DNA of 64,000 nt from Candidatus Berkelbacteria bacterium. GTDB lineage: Bacteria; Patescibacteriota; UBA1384; XYA2-FULL-43-10; CAINNR01. The position numbers and the translations under genes are program-made. The stretch spans positions 13,392-77,391 of the forward strand of contig JAPLVH010000006.1 in the NCBI GenBank assembly GCA_026397205.1, written 5' to 3'. Every line of letters starts with the position of its first letter. The first letter of the stretch is position 1. Below, in pieces: positions 54,916 to 63,139 of this stretch. The notes under the pieces are model-generated. The model was not told the origin of the DNA. It searched no databases and saw nothing but the letters and a program-made list of their open reading frames with translations.

Positions 54916-56096
54916 TTGGATTTTATCCTTTCATTTGACATTTGTAATTTGGCATTTGAAATTATTTTCATTTCCTCGGCGGCGATTGCCTGCCAGCTAT
55001 ATTTTTTTACCACACTTCTACCCCGAGATGCAAGTTTAGCCAAAGATTTTTGATTTTTTAAGAGCGAGGAGATTTTTTCGGCAAAATTTTTCCTCTCGCC
55101 GATTCCCGCCGTCACAACCGCACCGGCAAAAACTTCGGCGTAAACCGGCAAATTCCAAGCGACGACCGGAACGCCGGCGGCAAACGCTTCAGCGATCGCA
55201 ATGCCAAAACCCTCTTCGTGGCTGGGAAAAATAAACAGCTCCGATGATTTTAGAATTTTGTAGGCCACTTCATCCGGCAAAAAACCGAGAATTTCGATGT
55301 TTTTTTTAAGGCCGAGATTCTCGAATTCTTTTCGCAGTTGATCTTTTATCGCCTGACTCCCGCCGCCGATAATTTTTAGTTTGGCGTCAGAATTTTTGGC
55401 AACGACTTCCCGCCAAATCTCCGGCAGATCAAATATTCCTTTTGACGGAACCAGCCGAGCCAAAAAACAAGCTTGGTTTTTATTTTTTTTCGCTTTGATC
55501 TTTTCAAAATATTTCATATCAATGCCGCACGGATTTACGCCAATTTTATTTTTTTCGAGATGATACTTGTGAATTAGTTCTTCTCGAACTTGATAATTGA
55601 TGTTAACGATTTTGTCGGCCCGGCGCTGAATCAATTTTAGACAACGGTTTTGGGAAACGCCGGCAAAGAAATTGATAATTTTATTGCCCGGTCGTTTTCG
55701 CCAGTTTGGATACAGATGGAAAATGCACTGAACCCAAATCGCCGACGGATTTTTACTTTTATATTTCGTCGCCGGCAAAACCTCGGTGATAAAATCCGAA
55801 CCGCAATAAATAATATCGTAATTTTTTTTGACAATTTCTCGCTTCACCCAACGGCTACGCCAAAAATAGGCCGGAAAAATTCCAAAGCGATCAAATTTTT
55901 TCGGCGCAACAATAAAGTTAGCACTCGGAAGACCGCTGGCCATTGACTTCTTTCCGTCAGTCGAAGTCCAGACATCAACTTGAAAATTTTTGCCGATTCG
56001 ATTGAAAATCTTAATCAGCCGCTGGTCACCGCCGCTCATGCCGGCACCAGAAACCCAAAAAGAATTAAGTAATAAAGCAATTTTTGGTTTTTCCAT
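54912..56096 (-). CDS. GT4 family (GT-B) glycosyltransferase
   Basis: 'ELFIFPSHEEGFGIAIAEAFAAGVPVVAWN' is the canonical GT4 EX7E region. Confidence 0.75.
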   Translation of the reverse strand: MEKPKIALLLNSFWVSGAGMSGGDQRLIKIFNRIGKNFQVDVWTSTDGKKSMASGLPSANFIVAPKKFDRFGIFPAYFWRSRWVKREIVKKNYDIIYCGSDFITEVLPATKYKSKNPSAIWVQCIFHLYPNWRKRPGNKIINFFAGVSQNRCLKLIQRRADKIVNINYQVREELIHKYHLEKNKIGVNPCGIDMKYFEKIKAKKNKNQACFLARLVPSKGIFDLPEIWREVVAKNSDAKLKIIGGGSQAIKDQLRKEFENLGLKKNIEILGFLPDEVAYKILKSSELFIFPSHEEGFGIAIAEAFAAGVPVVAWNLPVYAEVFAGAVVTAGIGERKNFAEKISSLLKNQKSLAKLASRGRSVVKKYSWQAIAAEEMKIISNAKLQMSNERIKSK

Positions 56097-56106
56097 TTCT
56101 CAATAA

Positions 56107-56736
56107 TTATTTTTTAGCTGAAACAAAAAGATATTGCGCCAATGATTTAATCACTGGGCTGTTCAAACCACGATTTGCCCTCCCTCTAAGACCAAACCAA
56201 AATGACTCAACACCGACTTCTCTAAAGTTGATTTTTTGGAATAAAATTTTTAGTTCTCCCGAAATGTACTCTCGCAAATGTATAACTTCCCCCAACCGAC
56301 TATCTTCGGACAAAACATACGGATATCTAACTGGTTTTCCAGCAATTTTCATCAACATATTGGAAAAACGAGTTCTGTTTGGGGTTGCCAAAAAAACTTC
56401 ACCATTTTTTTTAAGGACACGATGAATTTCATTCAAAAAAAATAAATCATTTTCGACGTGTTCAATCACATCAAAACTCACAACGACATCAAATTCTTGA
56501 TTCGTGAATGGCAATTTTTTGCCGTCATATTTTATAAAATCGAACTTCTTAACAAATTTTTTCTGCCGAAAATCGTTAATGTCAACTCCAATAACCTCAT
56601 TTCGATCATGAGAAAACATCGAAGTATAATCTCCAGTTCCGCAACCAACATCTAAAATTCTTCTGCCCTTGACTTGATCGGCAAATCTTTTGATTTTATT
56701 TTCGTAGGCAACCATACATTTATCTTTTTTGATCAT
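56107..56736 (-). CDS. Class I SAM-dependent methyltransferase. Likely start M at 56736; the tool ORF extends to 56859 and overlaps the upstream GT2.
   Basis: Motif I 'ILDVGCGTGDYTSMF', motif II 'FDVVVSFDVIEHV'. Confidence 0.6.
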   Translation of the reverse strand: MIKKDKCMVAYENKIKRFADQVKGRRILDVGCGTGDYTSMFSHDRNEVIGVDINDFRQKKFVKKFDFIKYDGKKLPFTNQEFDVVVSFDVIEHVENDLFFLNEIHRVLKKNGEVFLATPNRTRFSNMLMKIAGKPVRYPYVLSEDSRLGEVIHLREYISGELKILFQKINFREVGVESFWFGLRGRANRGLNSPVIKSLAQYLFVSAKK

Positions 56737-56749
56737 CAGGGTGCTTTTC

Positions 56750-57646
56750 TTAATTTCTTTTTCGCATAATAAATTTGACGCCGACCGAAAATCGCAGATA
56801 AAACATTCCAGCGGATAAAATCGGATGAGCCAGAAGTTTTTTCCACTTTCCATTTTCAATAAAAACGGCGAAGTAGCGGTATTTCAAACCGAGTTGACGA
56901 CAGATGTCCGGATCATTTTTTCCCCACTTTTTAATATAAGTATCAAAACTTCCGGCGTAATAACTTTTTTTTGCCAGATATTTTTTTAAATTGAATTCTG
57001 CTTCGTTGTGGTAAATAACTGGGCCAAAATTCTCCGGATAAACTCCGCGTAAACTAATAAATTTTGACATTTTCCATTTTGATATTTTGTCACCAGCATA
57101 TAATAAACCGATTTTGCCGATCTTTTTCATTTTTTTGTCAATGTCCCAATCCTCCGGGCCAGACATTGATTCATCAAACCCGCCGGCTTTAACGAATTTT
57201 TCTTTGCCAAAAAATCTGGCGCCATCAATCACCGTTCCATTATAAAAAGTCCGCTCAAATCGTCGAACTCGGCTCCAAAAGTTTTTTCCAAGAACAATCT
57301 CTGGGATGTGAAGTGCGACAAAAATTTTTTTTGACATTAATTCGACGCAATTGGCGATCAAATTCGGCGCTAAAATCATGTCGCAATCAATAAACATTAC
57401 ATATTTGCCAGCCGACTTTTCGATCATACCGTAATTTCTCTGCGCCGATCGCTCCGGTCCTTTATTATAAACTTTTCTGGTATATTTCATGGCGATCTCT
57501 TTTGTTCGATCGGTCGAGCCGTTGTCAACCAAAATAATTTCGATCGGCTCGTATGTCTGGGCCAAAATTGACTTCATGACATTATCAACATTTTTTGCCT
57601 CGTTTTTGGTCGTGATGACTAAACTGACGAGCGGGTTATTTTTCAT
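56750..57646 (-). CDS. GT2 family glycosyltransferase
   Basis: 'LVSLVITTKNEAKNV...IEIILVDNGSTDRT', 'FIDCDMIL'. Confidence 0.7.
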   Translation of the reverse strand: MKNNPLVSLVITTKNEAKNVDNVMKSILAQTYEPIEIILVDNGSTDRTKEIAMKYTRKVYNKGPERSAQRNYGMIEKSAGKYVMFIDCDMILAPNLIANCVELMSKKIFVALHIPEIVLGKNFWSRVRRFERTFYNGTVIDGARFFGKEKFVKAGGFDESMSGPEDWDIDKKMKKIGKIGLLYAGDKISKWKMSKFISLRGVYPENFGPVIYHNEAEFNLKKYLAKKSYYAGSFDTYIKKWGKNDPDICRQLGLKYRYFAVFIENGKWKKLLAHPILSAGMFYLRFSVGVKFIMRKRN

Positions 57647-58073
57647 TTTTTATCCAAAGTTTTTTATGGTCGAAGTTTTTGGCGATGCGAAAAGTTAAAA
57701 AATATGTCGGCCAGACGGCGCCATTGCAGAAAGTATCATAGAAAAGATGAAATAAATTGGCAAAACCAAGCGAGAAAAACAGCCAACCAAGATTCGGAAA
57801 GATCAAACTGAGCACAATCAGAATTATCGCAAATTCGAAACCGTGAAAAAAAACATAAACTTTTCCCGAATCGTCAAAATGTTTACCGGAAAAAAAATCG
57901 TTTATGTTGAATTTCCAGCCACGATGAATAAAATAGTCAATCAGGTGGTCAGCGTCGAGAAAAAAACCGGAGGCTATGGCCAGCGGAACCGCCCAAAAAT
58001 TGCCAGTTAATTTTCCAACAACCAAACCGATTGCAACTGACAAAACGAAATGAATAAATTCGTCAATAAACAT
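57636..58073 (-). CDS. Small polytopic membrane protein (DUF457/YdjM-like membrane-bound metal-dependent hydrolase candidate)
   Basis: 145 aa, 4 TM helices, conserved His/Asp 'DADHLIDYFIH'. Weak. Confidence 0.3.
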   Translation of the reverse strand: MFIDEFIHFVLSVAIGLVVGKLTGNFWAVPLAIASGFFLDADHLIDYFIHRGWKFNINDFFSGKHFDDSGKVYVFFHGFEFAIILIVLSLIFPNLGWLFFSLGFANLFHLFYDTFCNGAVWPTYFLTFRIAKNFDHKKLWIKNEK

Positions 58074-58095
58074 CTTAAGCTTCTTAAGCGACTTA
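58074..58095. repeat. Operon-junction palindrome (CTTAAGCTTCTTAAG variant) between the rSAM stop and the downstream start
   Basis: 'cttaagcttcttaagcgactta'. Confidence 0.55.
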
Positions 58096-59706
58096 TGTCT
58101 TTTTTTTCGAAAAATCGGTCAGGTGGCCAAGCAATTTCCCGCCGGCACGCCAGAGAAATTTTAAATCATCAGCACTTCGGATGCCACCGATTTTTCGAAA
58201 AATGAATTTCGGTGTCATAAATGACTTATAAAGTCCTTGTGTCAACTCTTTTATGTCCGACTCCGACAACTCCGATTTCATTATGATTTTCCGCTGGTCG
58301 TAATCGTCCCAATTTTTCGTTGTCAGCCAGCCGTTTTTTTGGCACTCTTTAAATAGTGGCGTGCCGGGATAAGGAATAACGATTGTCGCCTGCAAAGTAT
58401 CAACAAAACCCGAGTCAAATAATTTCTTCGACAAAGCGATCGTTCGTTTCGCGTCTTCCAAACTCTCCCACGGATAGCCCATCATTGTCGTAATGTGCGG
58501 CTCGAGTCCAGCCTTTTTCGCCATCCGAACCCCTTTTTCAATTTCGGCGACGCGCAAATTTTTATTAATATGATCGAGAGTTTTCTGATTTGCCGACTCT
58601 AGCCCATACAAAATAAAGCGAAAACCGGCTTTGCCCATTAAATTATATTCTTCTTGCGACAGGGCTTTCAACCGCATATTGCAATCAATTTTGATCTTTT
58701 TGTTGTAGCCGCGAGAAATCATCCCGTCGCAAAATTCTTCAAGCCACGGCCCAATCGGAAACGAGCCGGCGTCGTCCATAACTTCTTTAACTTTATATTT
58801 GTGGATCAGAATTCCGATTTCGTCCAACATTCGCTTGGCCGAATGTTTGCGGTAATCCTTGCCGGGGTAAAGCGTCGTCCAGGAGCAAAATGTGCACTTT
58901 CCCCACCAACAGTCGCGAGCGGAAAAAGTGTAAGTTCCCGGCGTTCGTTTGTAGTTGCCGTTTTTATAGGCGTATAGTTTCCACTTGGTTAAATCCCGAT
59001 CAATCATCGGCAGCTCGTCCAAAATATGATTTAATTCGAAATGTCCGGTATTTTCGAACAGATCCCCTTCCTTCATTTTTCTTGCGATAGCTGACCCTGT
59101 GGGGATCTTTGATTTTTGATCTTTGATTTTTCTAAACCAGATTCCTGCCTCCAATTTTTCTCCGTGATTGATATGGTTCGCAATATTCAGTGCCAAAAAA
59201 TCCCAATCGCCACCGGTGGCGATAAAATCAACCTTTGAATTTTTCATTGACTCCTCCGGCATCGCCGTCACATGATCGCCAACCAAAACGACTTTTACCG
59301 CCGGCATTTCCTTTTTTATCACATCGATGACTTTCCAGTGGCGCTTGACAACCGGTGTTTTGGTTTCAAAGATGATGAGATCGGGACGAAATTTTTTGAT
59401 GCGATCGAGCCAAATTTCCGGCAACAATTCTTCGGCAATGCCATCATCCCACAAGACATCAAATCCTTGCAACTGTAAAAGCGTCGCGACGTAAGCCGGC
59501 ACCATCGGATAAATGTAGGTCGGATTCTTAAACCATTGAAACTGGCGATTCTGCCCAAGACACGGCGTTCCCTTTTTACTCGGCATCGGCGGATAGGAAA
59601 TTGCGATTTTGAATTTTTTATTTTTCTCCAAATGTTCTTTTGTCGGTTTTGAAATGTGTTTAATCGCCATAAGATTTTCATAAAAATAAATATTGAGTTT
59701 CATCAC
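58093..59706 (-). CDS. B12-binding-domain radical SAM protein (class B rSAM), with an in-frame mini-element insertion
   Basis: N-terminal cobalamin-binding-like domain. Cys cluster 'CWWGKCTFC' (CX4CX2C spacing). Insert 'KIKDQKSKIPTGSAIARKMKEG'. Confidence 0.55.
   Translation of the reverse strand: MMKLNIYFYENLMAIKHISKPTKEHLEKNKKFKIAISYPPMPSKKGTPCLGQNRQFQWFKNPTYIYPMVPAYVATLLQLQGFDVLWDDGIAEELLPEIWLDRIKKFRPDLIIFETKTPVVKRHWKVIDVIKKEMPAVKVVLVGDHVTAMPEESMKNSKVDFIATGGDWDFLALNIANHINHGEKLEAGIWFRKIKDQKSKIPTGSAIARKMKEGDLFENTGHFELNHILDELPMIDRDLTKWKLYAYKNGNYKRTPGTYTFSARDCWWGKCTFCSWTTLYPGKDYRKHSAKRMLDEIGILIHKYKVKEVMDDAGSFPIGPWLEEFCDGMISRGYNKKIKIDCNMRLKALSQEEYNLMGKAGFRFILYGLESANQKTLDHINKNLRVAEIEKGVRMAKKAGLEPHITTMMGYPWESLEDAKRTIALSKKLFDSGFVDTLQATIVIPYPGTPLFKECQKNGWLTTKNWDDYDQRKIIMKSELSESDIKELTQGLYKSFMTPKFIFRKIGGIRSADDLKFLWRAGGKLLGHLTDFSKKKT
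59083..59131. repeat. Mini-element fragment (GATAGCTGACCCTGTGGGGA + (TGATYTT)n), in frame inside the rSAM gene
   Basis: 'cttgcgatagctgaccctgtggggatctttgatttttgatctttgattttt'. Confidence 0.7.
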
Positions 59707-59770
59707 AATCGTAATTTCACGATATCAAATTACGGCAACCGGTGCAACATAAAAAATCTGGAAGGTTATT

Positions 59771-59998
59771 TTATTTGATTTTATCGAGATCTTTTTTGTC
59801 GAGTTCGGCGAATTTCAAAATATTATTAAGAGTTCCAGGCTTGATAAACTTGTGATTCGGAACAATCAAAACTTTCTTCCGGCCGTTAGTTTTTTCAAGT
59901 TTGATGTGGCTGCCTTTTTGCCCAACAATTTTGAAACCAAAACCAACCAAAACTTTGAGCAATGTTTTGGCCGAAATTTGTGAGTACTTGGCGATCAT
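59771..59998 (-). CDS. hicA: HicA-family mRNA interferase toxin
   Basis: 75 aa. 'LLKVLVGFGFKIVGQKGSHIKLEK...VLIVPNHKFIKPGTLNNILKFAEL' fits the HicA/YcfA pattern (GSH, P.H). Confidence 0.7.
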   Translation of the reverse strand: MIAKYSQISAKTLLKVLVGFGFKIVGQKGSHIKLEKTNGRKKVLIVPNHKFIKPGTLNNILKFAELDKKDLDKIK

Positions 59999-60208
59999 TT
60001 AACAAACTTTCAATTTTAGTGGCACGACAAATTCTCTTTTGCTTTTTGGCAAGGGATTTTTTCCCAAATACAAATTCACCGCTTCGGAAATGTTGCACAT
60101 CGCTTCTTCAAAAGTTTCTCCTTGGGAAAAACAACCAGGAAGCGACGGAACCGAAACGGAAAAACCGCCGTCATTCTCTTCTTGCATTAGAACAAAGATT
60201 TCTTTCAT
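59999..60208 (-). CDS. hicB: HicB-family antitoxin (UPF0150, RNase-H-like fold without a DNA-binding extension)
   Basis: 69 aa. 'GGFSVSVPSLPGCFSQGETFEEAMCNISEAVNLYL' matches the HicB N-domain pattern. Its stop abuts the hicA start. Confidence 0.6.
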   Translation of the reverse strand: MKEIFVLMQEENDGGFSVSVPSLPGCFSQGETFEEAMCNISEAVNLYLGKNPLPKSKREFVVPLKLKVC

Positions 60209-60246
60209 GATTTTATTTTACCACCAGATTTTTTGATTGTAAATAC

Positions 60247-61224
60247 TTATCGTTCCAATTTCCGAACCGTCAGTCCTTGGACAAAACGAATTCCATACCA
60301 AATGTGAGTTAGAAAGATCATTGGAATTGTTAGAATACCAATAAGCGGATTTTTGTGACGGAGGGAAATGATGACGGCATCAAATAAAAGTCCTAATCCG
60401 TAAGCAATAAGCGGTAAGAAAAACAAAATTCGAAATTCGAAATTCGAAATTCGAAACAATATCGAAAATAAGAAAATTAAATACAAAACAAATAAAGTCG
60501 GGATAAAGTAGCCGATTTTCAAAGATGTCTGCGGATATTTTTTGGCAAAAAAGCCGCGGTGGAGTGCATAGTTTCCGATTTGTTTGAAATGCTTTAAGAG
60601 ATTGGCGCGACGATGGTGGTAGACAATACCGGCCGGGTCATAAATAATTTTGTAGCCGGCACTTACAATGTCGAGACAAAGTTTTGTGTCCTCGCCCGGC
60701 CAATACTGGCAATCAAATCCGCCGACTTCCTTAAAAACATCGCGCCAGATCAGCAAACTGACCGTCGGCCAGTCGTCGCAAGTTCGACGATTTCCGATTG
60801 GTAGATAACGGTTGCGGGTGAAACCGCCACCGAGATACGACTCGAAAATCGCGCCGGAAACTTTTTGCAAAACGCCGTTTGATGACGGCGTCACTGCTGG
60901 ACAACCGACGGCGCCAACTTCAGATTTGCGAAAATTGGGAATCATCTTTTTTAGCCAGTCGCGGCGCGGATAGGCATCATCATCTAAAAAAGCCAGGACT
61001 TTCCCACGGGCAAATTTCAGCGCCAAATCACGCTTTTCTGCCGGTCCGATCTTGCCAGAAGCGATGATTTTTGTTTTTGGCCAGCGGTGAATTTCATCCG
61101 GTCGGTCGGGAAATATTAAAACCTCAAACTCCGGCCAATCGAGTTTCAGAATATGCTCCATTGATTCGTAAATGTAGTCGTTGATCTTTTTAACCGGAAT
61201 GATAATTGAAACTTTGGGTTTCAT
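60247..61224 (-). CDS. GT2 family glycosyltransferase with a C-terminal TM region
   Basis: 'KVSIIIPVKKINDYI...LAFLDDDAYP' DXD motif. Three C-terminal hydrophobic helices. Confidence 0.65.
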   Translation of the reverse strand: MKPKVSIIIPVKKINDYIYESMEHILKLDWPEFEVLIFPDRPDEIHRWPKTKIIASGKIGPAEKRDLALKFARGKVLAFLDDDAYPRRDWLKKMIPNFRKSEVGAVGCPAVTPSSNGVLQKVSGAIFESYLGGGFTRNRYLPIGNRRTCDDWPTVSLLIWRDVFKEVGGFDCQYWPGEDTKLCLDIVSAGYKIIYDPAGIVYHHRRANLLKHFKQIGNYALHRGFFAKKYPQTSLKIGYFIPTLFVLYLIFLFSILFRISNFEFRILFFLPLIAYGLGLLFDAVIISLRHKNPLIGILTIPMIFLTHIWYGIRFVQGLTVRKLER

Positions 61225-61338
61225 AAATCAAAAATTAAATATCAAAGATCAAAATGTTGGTCGGCACTCCGTGCCGGGATTTATTCTTTTTCATCTTTTT
61301 TATTTATCATTTTAATTTTTGATATTTGATTTTTGCTT
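61225..61338. repeat. Complete heptamer-array mini-element filling the intergenic gap: (ATCAAAA)n arm, core TTGGTCGGCACTCCGTGCCGGGATTT, inverted (TGATTTT)n arm
   Basis: 'aaatcaaaaattaaatatcaaagatcaaaatgttggtcggcactccgtgccgggatttattctttttcatcttttttatttatcattttaatttttgatatttgatttttgc'. Confidence 0.7.
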
Positions 61339-63132
61339 TTAGTATCCCATCTCTCGCAAATATTTTATCGTTTTTGTCAGTCCGGCTTCGAGCGAAATTT
61401 TCGGCGACCAGCCGAGAAGTTTTTTTGCTCGGCTGATATCCGGCTTTCGGCGAGTCGGATCGGAAATCGCCGGCGCAACATGAATAATTTTTGACGACGA
61501 CTTCGTCAACTTGATAACTTTTTCCGCCAACTCTAGCATCGTGCACTCCTGCGGATTGCCAATATTGATCGGACCCTCCAGATCCGAGTGGATGAATTTC
61601 ATCTGGGCCTCGATTTGGTCATCAACAAAGCAAAAACTTCTGGTTTGATTTCCACTGCCCTGAATCGTGATTTCTTCGCCAGACAGCGCTTGCTTGATAA
61701 AGTTGGTGACAACCCGACCATCATCCGGATCCATCATTGGGCCGTAGGTGTTGAAAATTCGGACAATGCCACTGTTGAGACTTTTTTGCCGGCGGGCTTG
61801 GTAAATCAGGGCTTCGGCAAATCGTTTGCCTTCATCATAACATGATCGCATTGAATATGACCAAACATTGCCGGAATAACTCTCCTTTTGCGGATGCTCA
61901 AGTGGGTCGCCGTAAATTTCCGAGGTTGACGATTGAAAAAACCGGGCGCTGTTTTTGTGGGCAAACTTTAAAAGATTTTCGACACCGATAGAATTTGTCT
62001 CCAAAGTTTTAATCGGATCGAGATAATACTTCGGTGGCGACGCCGGGCAGGCGTAGTTCAAAACAAAATCAAACTGACCGCGGGATTTTATCGGCTGACA
62101 AATATCGTGTTTGACGAATGTGAATCTGGGAAACCTCTTTAATTGATCGAGATTGCGCCGATTTCCGGTTTGCAAATTATCAATGACGACAACTTCGCCA
62201 CCGGCAGTCAAAATTCTTTTTGCCATATTGGCGCCTAAAAATCCGGCGCCGCCGGCAATTAAATATTTTTTGCCAGCCGGTTTGAGTTTTTTTGTCGTTG
62301 TTTTTTTCGGCGATGACGGCAAATCCAAGGACAATTTCTGGTGGCGATAATAGTTCAAAATCCGAGCGCGGTAAAAAATCGCCAGTGTGTCGGTAATCAT
62401 TTTTATGATCGTTTTCGGACTGATACCGGAAGCGATAGCGTTAAAATCCAGCTCAACCGGTGCCTCAAAAATCCGCCGATAACCAAGCTGATGGGCGATA
62501 ACCAGCATTTCCAAATCGAAAGCGTACTGTTTAACTAATGCTCGCGGCAAAATATCGTTGGCAACATTACGACGCAAAAATTTCAGGCCAGCTTGAGTGT
62601 CGGTGACATTCAGGCCGAAAAGAATTTTGATCAGCCGCGAATAAATCCAGGAGTAAATTTTTCGCCGCGTCGGATAGTTGACCCGGCTGGCCGGATGCCG
62701 TTTTGAGCCAATGACAAAATCGGCATCAAAGATTTCCAGAAGGCGGACGAATTTGTCGAACTGCTTAGGATCAAAATCACCACCGGCATCAGTGAAAGTA
62801 ATAATTTCGCCGGAAGCTTTTTCGGCGCCGAATTTCAGGGCATAACCTTTGCCGTGATTCGGGAAATATTCAAAAACCTTGACATTTTTTGATTTCGCTC
62901 GCCTCGCCTCTTTCGCCGTTTTGTCCGGTGAGCCATCAACGACGACGATAACTTCAAAATCATATGATAATTGATCGTGAGTTCTGACGATTTTCTGAAT
63001 CGTCCGATAGATATTTTTTTCCTCGTTGTAGGCCGGAATGACGATCGAAAGTTTTGGGCGCTGATTTTTCGTCAACTTCAAAACCCTCCCCCGTTTTGCC
63101 CCTCCGGAAGATTTTTGATTTGATTCTGGCAT
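61339..63132 (-). CDS. Bifunctional fusion: N-terminal GT2 polyprenyl-phosphate glycosyltransferase (ArnC/DPM1-like) + C-terminal UDP-glucuronate decarboxylase/UXS-like SDR
   Basis: GT2 'LSIVIPAYNEEKNI...VIVVVDGSPDKT...FTDAGGDFDP'. SDR 'YLIAGGAGFLGANMAKRIL', 'YDEGKRFAEAL'. Confidence 0.7.
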   Translation of the reverse strand: MPESNQKSSGGAKRGRVLKLTKNQRPKLSIVIPAYNEEKNIYRTIQKIVRTHDQLSYDFEVIVVVDGSPDKTAKEARRAKSKNVKVFEYFPNHGKGYALKFGAEKASGEIITFTDAGGDFDPKQFDKFVRLLEIFDADFVIGSKRHPASRVNYPTRRKIYSWIYSRLIKILFGLNVTDTQAGLKFLRRNVANDILPRALVKQYAFDLEMLVIAHQLGYRRIFEAPVELDFNAIASGISPKTIIKMITDTLAIFYRARILNYYRHQKLSLDLPSSPKKTTTKKLKPAGKKYLIAGGAGFLGANMAKRILTAGGEVVVIDNLQTGNRRNLDQLKRFPRFTFVKHDICQPIKSRGQFDFVLNYACPASPPKYYLDPIKTLETNSIGVENLLKFAHKNSARFFQSSTSEIYGDPLEHPQKESYSGNVWSYSMRSCYDEGKRFAEALIYQARRQKSLNSGIVRIFNTYGPMMDPDDGRVVTNFIKQALSGEEITIQGSGNQTRSFCFVDDQIEAQMKFIHSDLEGPINIGNPQECTMLELAEKVIKLTKSSSKIIHVAPAISDPTRRKPDISRAKKLLGWSPKISLEAGLTKTIKYLREMGY

Positions 63133-63139
63133 TTTTAGT

